From assembly GCA_050187295.1 (NCBI GenBank), contig JBFWXQ010000006.1, positions 110,296 through 174,295 on the forward strand: a stretch of DNA of 64,000 nt. Reading direction: 5' to 3'. The notes under the pieces were generated by a model. It saw nothing but the letters and a program-made list of their open reading frames with translations. It was not told the DNA's origin and ran no database searches. Position 1 is the stretch's first letter. Each line of letters begins with the position of its first letter. Below, one piece after another: positions 46,201-54,216 of this stretch. The DNA comes from Blastocatellales bacterium (GTDB taxonomy: Bacteria > Acidobacteriota > Blastocatellia > RBC074). The position numbers and the translations under genes were made by a program.

Positions 46201-48608
46201 GCAAAATTTAGTTCTCGGATTTGTTCAGCGCGTTCGGTCCAGTCTTTGGCTTCGTATGAATTGATTGTGTCCGGATCAATCACGTCGGTCAGGATTGTTT
46301 GCTGTGCCAACGCCGCCTCCCAATCTTCCAACGCACCGCCCGCTTGATGCTCACGCAATTCCTGACGTAATTCGTCGAGCTTCTTTTCCCAACGGCGGCG
46401 CTGTTCCGGTTGCGTAGCACGCTTCTGTAATTTTTGTTCGTAATCGGCAATATCCAACTCAATATCCGCGATGGTGGCAGCGCTCGAAGGCGAACTTTGC
46501 TGCGCGCAGCGAGCCAGTGCCGCACGTACCAACTGCGTTTCGTGTTGCAAGGTCAGGCGCGGGCCGAGCCGCGCGGCTTCCTGACGGCTGTCGCTGAAAG
46601 CCAGCAAGCGACGTCCGCGCGCGGGCAGCCGTTTCCTGTGCGCGGTGGGGAATTCGGGCATATCAGCCAAGGCTGTTTCCGCCAGAATCGCCAACGTTAA
46701 AGGAGCTGATGCGACAAACGGGCGCCAGGCGTCATCTCCTTTCGCTTCGCAGCAAGGGCAACTGTTAATTTGATACAACGCCAAGCCAGAGGCTGCGTGC
46801 TCACTTGTTCGCACGTCCAGAATTTGCCTGCCGCTTTCGCGCGCGCCACGCCAATCGAAGAATCGCTTCTTGCCGTACCGGTCGTCAGCCACGGGTAACA
46901 AACGCAGATTCGCTTCCTGCGCCGCCAAGGCCACTTCGCCGCAATTGGCGCAGCGATAAAGCGATAGTGTCGCGCTATTGCAGTGAAGGCAATGATCGCT
47001 AAAACCGGCCAGCACATCGCCTAGCCCCGGCAGCTTTAAATTTTCGTTGCCGGTGCAATCCGCGTTCAGACAAACCACCAACCCATCCGTTGGTCGCGCC
47101 AGCAAATGCAGACGATGGGGCAGCAACGGGTAATCGCCGATGTTTCGTCGTGCTGCTGCGCCCAATTGCAAGATCGTAATCGTTGCGCGCAAGGCGTTTT
47201 CGCTGTCTTCACGCCACAACGCCGAGGCCAGTTCGCGCAATGGCAGACGCTTCCGCTCCCACAAAATTTCGGAAGCCTGATGCACGATTTTCGCGTGTGA
47301 CAGCGATTGATGGAGCAGCAATGCGGGCTGATCGCCAGCTTGTCGCTGCGCATCGTTGACCGCCGCCGCAGCCACCAACCGCGGCAATCGCGTTGCCAAA
47401 TGCGCACAGTCATCAGCATCGGTCGCCAGTTGCGGCTTGCCTTCGGCGTCTATCGTCAGCGTCGCAGCCGTCAACCAGGCTTCTTGCGCCAGCATTGCGC
47501 AATCAGGCACGTGCGCCGGATCGGCAACTTCCGCTAACTCAATGCGACGTTGTTGTCCGCGAATGACATTGACCAATTCCGGCGGTTTGCTGAAAAGCGT
47601 GGCCGCGAATTGACGCAATTCTTCGTCGCCGTCCGCGCCTTCGCGGCCAATCGTGGCGGATGTGGCAATGTGCAGCAATTGTTCGGCGCGCACGCCGCAG
47701 CGTTCCGTCAGCCGCCGCAACAACAGGGTGATTTCCGCCGCCAGTGTGCCTGTGTACAAATGCGCTTCGTCCAGCACCACTGTTCGCAGCGCATCGCCGA
47801 AAAAGACCGCGTCCTGGGGGCGGCAGAGCATGTATTCAAGCATCGAGTAGTTGGTAATCAGGATGTCCGGCGCGCGACCAAAGGCCGCGTCGCTCGGCGA
47901 AAGCTTTTGTCCCTTGTGATCCTCAAGCCCGCGCGCTTCTTTTCGCGTGCGTTTGCGGCAAGGATTCCATTCGGTGATGTCTTGATCGTTTGCTGCGCGG
48001 TGGTCTTCTGGAGTTTCGCTGGTGAAGTGGAACAGCGTCACGTCGTTTTGGTCTTGCAGCCATTGGTAAAGCCGATCCATTTGATCGTTCACCAGCGCGT
48101 TCATCGGATACAGGATGATGCACTTGACGCCTGTACCTGTGCCGCGATTGGCGAACAAATCATTGAGCGCCGGGAGCAGAAAGCTTTCCGTTTTGCCCGC
48201 GCCTGTGCCTGCCGTGACGACCAGCGCCGGGCGCGAATGATCGTTGTGAAGCTGTTGCGCCTGGCGAATGGCTTCGAGTTGGTGTGTGTAAAGCTGCCGG
48301 TTGCGCGGCACAGCGTTATCGTGATCCAAATAATTTGTCAGCGTCGCATCAAACAATCCTTGCCGCGCCAGTGAATCCAGCGTCTCGGTTGAGGTTGCCG
48401 CCGGAAACGCGCCTTCCACCCATAACTCACTAACCAACCCGCCGGATTCCGCTGGCCCTGCCCAGAGACTGCGACAAATTTCCGTCAACCTCGGTTCGCG
48501 CACGAAATTGCGATCCAGCGAAAATTCGACCAAGCGGTCGCGTAGGTTATTAGCGAAGGAAAACGCATCGAGTTGAGCAAGATTTCTTTGTTCATTCTGC
48601 TGAGTCAT
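43224..48608 (-). CDS. Large SF2 DEAH-box helicase with C-terminal DUF1998 (DruE/YprA-like)
   Basis: Motifs LYTHQ, TAGTGAGKTE, YPMNALVNDQ, DEAH, TSAT, FSDSRQ, HSAQL, TTTLELGIDIG, QRAGRAGRR, FLPRYGFP and ALREYVPG. DUF1998 signature YDNVPGGAG...CELACLDCLL. Confidence 0.9.
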   Translation of the reverse strand: MTQQNEQRNLAQLDAFSFANNLRDRLVEFSLDRNFVREPRLTEICRSLWAGPAESGGLVSELWVEGAFPAATSTETLDSLARQGLFDATLTNYLDHDNAVPRNRQLYTHQLEAIRQAQQLHNDHSRPALVVTAGTGAGKTESFLLPALNDLFANRGTGTGVKCIILYPMNALVNDQMDRLYQWLQDQNDVTLFHFTSETPEDHRAANDQDITEWNPCRKRTRKEARGLEDHKGQKLSPSDAAFGRAPDILITNYSMLEYMLCRPQDAVFFGDALRTVVLDEAHLYTGTLAAEITLLLRRLTERCGVRAEQLLHIATSATIGREGADGDEELRQFAATLFSKPPELVNVIRGQQRRIELAEVADPAHVPDCAMLAQEAWLTAATLTIDAEGKPQLATDADDCAHLATRLPRLVAAAAVNDAQRQAGDQPALLLHQSLSHAKIVHQASEILWERKRLPLRELASALWREDSENALRATITILQLGAAARRNIGDYPLLPHRLHLLARPTDGLVVCLNADCTGNENLKLPGLGDVLAGFSDHCLHCNSATLSLYRCANCGEVALAAQEANLRLLPVADDRYGKKRFFDWRGARESGRQILDVRTSEHAASGLALYQINSCPCCEAKGDDAWRPFVASAPLTLAILAETALADMPEFPTAHRKRLPARGRRLLAFSDSRQEAARLGPRLTLQHETQLVRAALARCAQQSSPSSAATIADIELDIADYEQKLQKRATQPEQRRRWEKKLDELRQELREHQAGGALEDWEAALAQQTILTDVIDPDTINSYEAKDWTERAEQIRELNFAAVKTRLRSLIGRELASPLRRAVSVETLGLLEVTYPGLEQIEAPNQLLGNLPAEVRAHFTVCWRDFLAALCDSLRSDGVITLGSPEEDRTWAFNRVFVGRWAAEEQARRNWVIRFVGVEADQRRRWFAAQVLKNCGLEEALIEEFSRDALRAAFRALCQHAGELPWLETDTRQTDGGQALALRLNFPSLGLRRPEQWFQSAQTRHIWPRSVFGCAPELGCNDLQPVTAKQLDSDPRYGRLRTELQRSPIFEIALWAEEHSAQLSPKQNRQLQELFKLGARNILSATTTLELGIDIGGLNAVLMGNVPPGKANYLQRAGRAGRRADGSSVVLTYARPRPFDRAVFFQFGDYLGRTLRSPRVLLDRQRIARRHCHALLLGKFFQDVYPPGAQVGAMRAFGSMGAFCGTAQPQKWTSGFDKPELRSPSADWQPPARTNWWRPEQNEPGLEPHFLDFLRWVSDAGEKQYRPILESLLQHTPLALIGDWRACINSMIEQFQDAVCDWREDYDELLQTWRDALSQRQANAIRYQLSALYDTTVIEALADRQFLPRYGFPIGLQKLQVIRPDEGSRDGERTRIREEDQFRLERPGLMALREYVPGSQLLVGGKLITSRGLRKHWTGLAIDNYVGLTGHFTECANKHFYYEISRPLGACPICGSAARQNEQPMLLPKHGFSSAAWDPPRRSTDVERIGSVERATICFGNQANEVETHAHFAGVNGLAARYREAGELLVYNSGAIWEEDDNDTLKLVARGRGFAVCLKCGYADAEVKTGEGRQNLPSGFATHAPLTAAKEHYVCWQPNEGAPVLRNRTLAARETTDILLLTFEGSLSLLAKEEAIIRTLAQALQIAGAQLLELDTRELGVMLTGVGCQANEWGAVIYDNVPGGAGHVRELLGMGRQWMEEAQKILFRSEEHHQRCELACLDCLLTFDAQEAMSQGLLKRRETYEVLKKLLSGTPLSLPEPQKILVEELADSAIRASNVERIKRNQQRLRQR

Positions 48609-48623
48609 TGTTTGGCTCCGGAA

Positions 48624-51600
48624 TTAAAGGTTTTGGAGAAGGTGCAAGGTCAACAGCCGTCGCAGCGATGCGTGACGAACGGCCAACGCTAAATTATTCT
48701 CGTGTACTGGTTCCAGGTTGGGTTGTGTCAAAGCGGTTGTCGCTCGCGCCAAAATGCCCTGAGTAATAAAGGGCTGAGCGAGGTTCAAATCAGTGGCGGC
48801 AGCGGCAAGCAAAGCGTTTTTGGCATGGTTGACGTTTGGGCCGCCCGCGAAATGTCGGCGCAATTGTTCCAAAAGGATGCTGCGGTGCGGATGCTGCCAA
48901 ACGCGCAGCACTTTGGCTAAGAGCAACGGATCAATGTTGGCCAGTCGTTTGGCCGCATCAATCAGATAGTCCGATAGTTCTTCGTCGCTGTCCACTTCTG
49001 CCAGGGCAAACAACGTTTGGCGCGCTGTTTCAGCATCCGGCTGCCATTCGCGCAGCAAGGTTCGCAGCGCGGACAACCAGGTTTCATTGCACGGCGGCGT
49101 TTCCAATCCTTCCGGCAAGGCTTCGTCCAGCAGCCAAGCGCGCAGAAAGGCGACGGAGTGTTGAGGAATCAACGAACGCAAGACTGCCAGCGCATCTGGT
49201 TCCAGCAACGGCAGATGAAACCAGCGAATCAGTGCTGCTGTTTGTCGGGCATCTTGCATAGTTAATTCGGAAAGCGCCTGTATCCAGCGACGTTCTGGCC
49301 ACCATGCACCCAGCCTTGCACCTGCGAAGGCCACAGCCACAGCCAGCGGCTCGGTGCAATCGTCCGGCAAGTCGCACACCCACCACCAAGCGTCTTCGGC
49401 GGCATCGCTGGTTTTTGGTATTAGCGAAATCAGTTTGCCGCTTGCATCCCACCACCACACTGCATATTGCTCGTCCGGTTGGATTCGCTGGTGAAGTTGC
49501 AAGCGAATCAGCCGCGCTGTGCCGTTGGGCAATGATTCGCAAATTGCATCAGCCACGATACCGGTGTTGACGACGCTTCCGGCTACCCACAACGAGCGAC
49601 TAGCCGGAGAAAAGTTGAACATTTGCCGGACGCGCAGGGGAGCGCCCCAGCCGTGCAATTCCCCCAAAGAGCCGATGCGGCGCGGCGTTCGATGCGATAC
49701 GCCATCACCTTCAAACAAGAAAAGCTGATTGAGGTTCAAGGCTTGTGTTCCCCAATTGGCAGGAACAGCAAGTTTGAATAAATCGCGTTTGGCCTGCTCG
49801 ACGGTCAATCGGCTGTGTTTGTTGAGTGGTTGCCAACCTTCTGTTGTTAGATGGGCGGCTCCAACGACTTTCAATTTTACCGGTCGCCGGATGGAGCATC
49901 GCTGTTCGTTTTTTTGCAGGCCGATTCGAATGTCCAATTGGCTCGCATCCAGTTCAGGAGTAATGATGAGCGGCCCGGCAATGGTCGTGGCCTGCCCGTC
50001 CGGTTTGAGTTCGACTGCGCTCCCACGGCAGCGGGCGTAACGAACAGACACTTCAGGTGGATGAATGATCTTGATCTGAAACTTTCTGCCCCAAACGATG
50101 TCGCGGTCATCCCCTGGGAAAACTCCAACCTGGTTGGCCCAAACCGGAACGCCAGCGGTTTGTTGCAGATTCGGAGTCCATAGCAATTCACCATTGAGCG
50201 ATGCGCGAAGTTGTGTCGGCCAACTGCCGGCAGGCAAACGGTACAGTTTGGCTTGTTGCAAATCGGTCAATTGCCATTCGTTTGGGTGCGGTTCGATGGT
50301 CAAGTCCGCGGCGGTCAGCAGCGCATAGGAGCTATTCACGCTCAGATTCGCAGCGTAAGCGTCGGGCAAACGCGCGCCTGACGGCAAACGGTAAAGCACT
50401 ACGTCTTCATCCCTCGGCCAGCATTCCAGATCGCAACTGGCAACGGTTTCGCCTTTTGCGTTGACCAGACTGGCTATGACAGTCGGTTGATCGAAGGGAA
50501 GAACGACAGTTCGCGATTGCGCTGGCGAATAACTGCCGTTTGGCTGTTGCAGCAATCGCTCCGTCAGTCGCCCGCCAATCCATACATCGTAAAAAGCTTC
50601 GCTCAGGTTCAAGGCCGGATTGACCACAAGCTGACAGGTGAAATGCGGCGCGCCGCCATCATGCCAGCGCAACACAGGCTGCGTGATGAACGACTCGGGC
50701 AGCGGCGTATCTTCGCTCGGCGTGATGGCGGATGCTGTTGCCAGCGTCATCGCATCGTCAACCCATTCGGGCAACAGCCAGGGACTGTTTTCCAGCTTTG
50801 ACCGCGCCTGTTCCGGGGAAAGCGATTTGAATCGGAGCGCCTGCAAGTCTTGCCACAATTGCCGAAAACTTTCGCTGTCTTGCCGCAATGCTTCGACGGT
50901 TTGCGGCGGTTGCCCATCCAGCCAATCTGGCAGCCGCTGCCGTAAGCCGCGATGCGTAAAGCCGAATTGCAGAAAGACTGTGTTGACCCAGCGTTGCGTC
51001 CCGAGTTGATCCAGAGCGTGACGCAAATGAAAACGGTTGACGGCGGCTCGCAACAGATTGCGCAGTAGTTCCGTGGGTTGTCCTTGCGTAAACAACAGGC
51101 TTTGCGTTTCGGCTTCGTTTGAAACAGTTGGGTCGAAATGCCCTGTGGCGACGCACGGCCACAGTTCACCATCCACAGTTTTACGTCGTCCGGTTTCGCT
51201 CAACCAGAACAGCAGCAAAAGTCCAATGGCCTCGTCTCGTCTGACCTTTCCTGCGGCAGTGTCAAAGCTTGCGTCATTCGTGGCGCGTTCTTGGAGCGTC
51301 GCCGGGTCCAGCCGCTTCAACCAAACGCGCAACCAGATGAAGTCGTAATCGCTCGGTTGTAATTCAGTCAATGACCAGCATTCGCGCCCGATTTGTTGCG
51401 CATCCGCACGAGCGTTGAGCGCACGAACGGCATTGCCGGTCGCCATCAACAAAGCCTGGCTTTCATCCAAATCAACCGCGGCAAAAATATCCTGACTCTT
51501 CCCGCTCGATTGAATAAGCGCGTTAGAAGTGACTGGCAAAGCAATCGGCAACGGCGGCTGCGCGGCGCATAAAGCGGAAACCATTGGATCAATCCATTGT

Positions 51601-52286
51601 GGTAAACACCAAGGGCTTTCTGCCAATCGTTGGCGGAAAATTTCTACAGACAGAGAGTCGTCTTGGTAGGCTCTGCATGATTCCCAGAATTGTTGAAACA
51701 AGCGACTGCCTGTTTGTGGGTCCAACAATGCTTTGATAACGACGGGTCTCTCAATGCCCATCAGCCAACCTGACAATCGGTGCGTGATGTCTTTTCCGGT
51801 AAAACCTATTTGCGCAAAGACAAGTTTGCGCAGGCAGTCATGATCGAGATCATTTCTGGCACAAGCGCCTCGTAACCGAAGTTTTCGAGCGGCTTCGATC
51901 AAAGCCTGCCGATGAAAAGCCGATAGATCATCACCGTCAAAAAGCTCAGAGCGAGTTTGCGTCGAAAATAAAATTGACGCAGGAACAAACCAATCGCTAT
52001 CACGCGGCAAGCAGCGCCGAGTGTATTCTGATGCGAAAAGCAACAACAGGCTGCCGAATGCGGCACGATGTGGCGGCGATAGCTGCCAACGTCTGACCAT
52101 GCCTGCATCGAGATTTGATGACCAGTCAATCAACCAACATAGGTCATCATCATCAGCACCTAATTCGGCCAACGACCAAACAGAAGAACCATGTTTTAGA
52201 TCGCGAACCAGGCGAGCGATAATCTGACAGGCATCACGCAACGTTAGATCATCAGATTTGGCGGCAAGCTGGGAGAAGATTTTCAT
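48624..52286 (-). CDS. 1220-aa protein of unknown function, co-transcribed partner of the helicase (DruH-like position)
   Basis: Uninterrupted 3.66-kb ORF ending 15 nt before the helicase start. It has a duplicated N-terminal helical domain, a beta-rich middle and a helical C-terminus. Confidence 0.8.
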   Translation of the reverse strand: MKIFSQLAAKSDDLTLRDACQIIARLVRDLKHGSSVWSLAELGADDDDLCWLIDWSSNLDAGMVRRWQLSPPHRAAFGSLLLLFASEYTRRCLPRDSDWFVPASILFSTQTRSELFDGDDLSAFHRQALIEAARKLRLRGACARNDLDHDCLRKLVFAQIGFTGKDITHRLSGWLMGIERPVVIKALLDPQTGSRLFQQFWESCRAYQDDSLSVEIFRQRLAESPWCLPQWIDPMVSALCAAQPPLPIALPVTSNALIQSSGKSQDIFAAVDLDESQALLMATGNAVRALNARADAQQIGRECWSLTELQPSDYDFIWLRVWLKRLDPATLQERATNDASFDTAAGKVRRDEAIGLLLLFWLSETGRRKTVDGELWPCVATGHFDPTVSNEAETQSLLFTQGQPTELLRNLLRAAVNRFHLRHALDQLGTQRWVNTVFLQFGFTHRGLRQRLPDWLDGQPPQTVEALRQDSESFRQLWQDLQALRFKSLSPEQARSKLENSPWLLPEWVDDAMTLATASAITPSEDTPLPESFITQPVLRWHDGGAPHFTCQLVVNPALNLSEAFYDVWIGGRLTERLLQQPNGSYSPAQSRTVVLPFDQPTVIASLVNAKGETVASCDLECWPRDEDVVLYRLPSGARLPDAYAANLSVNSSYALLTAADLTIEPHPNEWQLTDLQQAKLYRLPAGSWPTQLRASLNGELLWTPNLQQTAGVPVWANQVGVFPGDDRDIVWGRKFQIKIIHPPEVSVRYARCRGSAVELKPDGQATTIAGPLIITPELDASQLDIRIGLQKNEQRCSIRRPVKLKVVGAAHLTTEGWQPLNKHSRLTVEQAKRDLFKLAVPANWGTQALNLNQLFLFEGDGVSHRTPRRIGSLGELHGWGAPLRVRQMFNFSPASRSLWVAGSVVNTGIVADAICESLPNGTARLIRLQLHQRIQPDEQYAVWWWDASGKLISLIPKTSDAAEDAWWWVCDLPDDCTEPLAVAVAFAGARLGAWWPERRWIQALSELTMQDARQTAALIRWFHLPLLEPDALAVLRSLIPQHSVAFLRAWLLDEALPEGLETPPCNETWLSALRTLLREWQPDAETARQTLFALAEVDSDEELSDYLIDAAKRLANIDPLLLAKVLRVWQHPHRSILLEQLRRHFAGGPNVNHAKNALLAAAATDLNLAQPFITQGILARATTALTQPNLEPVHENNLALAVRHASLRRLLTLHLLQNL

Positions 52287-52545
52287 GACGGCTCAGACAA
52301 AATTTGCTCCTCATCTTTACGATGAAAGATGAATAAGCAATCGCTTTGGTGGGGCACGAATTTCGAGAAGGGGGCACGGTTGAGTTATATGCACTCGCTG
52401 GGTCAGCAGTTCGGGCGAGCCAGTTAAGTCTATCTTGATTCTTAAAACCAGAGCAATAGTTTAGTCGGGTTGTAGCTAATAATTACTAAAAACGCCCTCT
52501 CTTGCGTTGCGAGATTTTGTGATGAGCGACATAATTTGTCGCGCC

Positions 52546-53037
52546 ATGAAACTCTTCAGCATCGGTCACAGCAACGCGACGATTGATTTCTTTCTCAATC
52601 TGCTTCGGCGGCATGAAATTGCCGTTTTGGTGGATACGCGCAGCCAGCCGTACAGCCGTTACAATCCGCATTTCAGACGCGAAGCGCTGAAACAATCCGT
52701 CCATCAACAAGGCATCGAATATGTCTATCTGGGCAATCGCATTGGCGGGCGGCCCGAAGGCGAAGAGTTTTATTTCCAATCCGGCAAGGTGGATTATGAC
52801 GCGGTGGCCGAATCGCCGGAGTATCTGGCGGGCATTGACCAATTGCTGGCGCTGGCCGAACATCGCCGCGTCGCGTTTCTGTGCAGCGAAGCCGATTACA
52901 AACATTGCCATCGGTATTGGCTGATTACCCGCACGCTGACCCGCCGCGGCATCGAAGTCGAACACATTCTGCATTCGGGCGAAGCCGTCAAATCTTCGGC
53001 GGCGGAATTTGAACCGGCGCAGCCGAGCCTTTTCTAA
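52546..53037 (+). CDS. DUF488 family protein (copy 1)
   Basis: Motifs FSIGHS, LVDTRSQPYSR, YLGNRIGGRP and LCSE....CHR. An alternative start is ATG 52522. Confidence 0.88.
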   Translation: MKLFSIGHSNATIDFFLNLLRRHEIAVLVDTRSQPYSRYNPHFRREALKQSVHQQGIEYVYLGNRIGGRPEGEEFYFQSGKVDYDAVAESPEYLAGIDQLLALAEHRRVAFLCSEADYKHCHRYWLITRTLTRRGIEVEHILHSGEAVKSSAAEFEPAQPSLF

Positions 53038-53046
53038 AGCAACGCT

Positions 53047-53484
53047 ATGGCCACGGTCTTCACCATCGGATTTACCAAAAAGAGTTTGCGAGAGTTTGTC
53101 GAAAGCTTGCGAGCCGCTGGCGTACGCAGAATCATAGACGTGCGGCTTCGCAATACGTCGCAGCTTGCCGGGTGGAGCAAACAACCGGATTTCGCTTATT
53201 TGCTGGAATCTGGATTCGGCATTGCGTATGAACATCATCCCGAATTTGCGCCGACGGATGACATCCTGGACGCTTACAAAAACGGCGCGGATTGGGCGAA
53301 ATACGAAACACAGTTCAACGAGTTATTGAAAGCGCGCGCGCCGCAAACCCAAGCGCGCGAATTGCTGGCCAAAGAAGCCATTTGTCTGCTCTGCGCCGAA
53401 CCCACACCGGAGCGTTGTCATAGGCGGCTGGTAGCCGAATACCTGCGCGAGCTTCAGCCTGAAACGGAAATCAAACATCTGTGA
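53047..53484 (+). CDS. DUF488 family protein (copy 2, different subtype)
   Basis: Motifs FTIGFTKK, IDVRLRNTSQLAG and LLCAE....CHRRLVAEYL. Confidence 0.88.
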   Translation: MATVFTIGFTKKSLREFVESLRAAGVRRIIDVRLRNTSQLAGWSKQPDFAYLLESGFGIAYEHHPEFAPTDDILDAYKNGADWAKYETQFNELLKARAPQTQARELLAKEAICLLCAEPTPERCHRRLVAEYLRELQPETEIKHL

Positions 53485-54206
53485 GCACGGTCAAGGACAT
53501 CACCATTCTGGCGTTGACCAAAATGCACGGCGGAGTTTGCACGGCGGGAATTGACGCCGAAGGCCGCTGGGTGCGCCCGGTGCGGCCTCGCACCGAACAA
53601 CGACCTTCGCGCGAAGGCGTTTCGGATTACAGTTTGTTGCCGCTGGATTTCTTTCACGGCGGAAAATCGCATCTGGTCAATCTGGGCGTGACGCGATTTC
53701 AATTTTCCGACGCTGCGCCGCATCCGCCGCACGTCGAAGATTGGACGATTGATATGAGTCACAAACCCGAACACCTGAACAAACTCAGCGAAACAGAGCA
53801 GGCGCAGTTTCTGGCTGCGCACGCGGAAGACGATCTTGCGCCGCTCTGCCATCGTCACGAACGTTCGCTGATGCTCGTTCAACCCGACGGCTTTTCGTTT
53901 TCCTTCTGTCCGAATCAAACGGGCGACGACGTTTTGGTTCGGGCTTCGTTCGATTTGCGCGACGAAAGTTTTGCCGACATTGGCTGCACCGATTTGCGAA
54001 TGCGCGCGCTGGGGCGAAAGCTGCTGGCCAAAACCGGCGGCGGCAACGTTTCGCTGACCGATGCGGATTTCCGGCGACGCGGAAAGCAAACGACGTATTT
54101 GACGCTGGGATTGTCGCGGCTGTTTCAAAACAAACACTGGCTGATTCTGGTCGGCGTGCATTCGCTGCCGGAACTGGCCGTAGAGATTGATTACAATCAT
54201 CTTTGA
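53481..54206 (+). CDS. Dual OB-fold-like protein
   Basis: N-terminal ILALTKMHGGVCTAG...WVRPV and C-terminal YLTLGLSR motifs resemble the dual-OB family found beside DUF488 genes. The GTG start overlaps the upstream TGA. Confidence 0.6.
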   Translation: MSTVKDITILALTKMHGGVCTAGIDAEGRWVRPVRPRTEQRPSREGVSDYSLLPLDFFHGGKSHLVNLGVTRFQFSDAAPHPPHVEDWTIDMSHKPEHLNKLSETEQAQFLAAHAEDDLAPLCHRHERSLMLVQPDGFSFSFCPNQTGDDVLVRASFDLRDESFADIGCTDLRMRALGRKLLAKTGGGNVSLTDADFRRRGKQTTYLTLGLSRLFQNKHWLILVGVHSLPELAVEIDYNHL

Positions 54207-54216
54207 TCGTTCGGCC

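Noticed and set aside
43224-48608. Calling the helicase DISARM DrmA/DrmB or Dpd DpdJ
   Set aside because: No DISARM methylase, drmC or drmD, and no dpd genes are nearby, and helicase and DUF1998 are in one polypeptide. The methyltransferase at 62200 is about 10 kb away from the nearer gene of the pair and unlinked.
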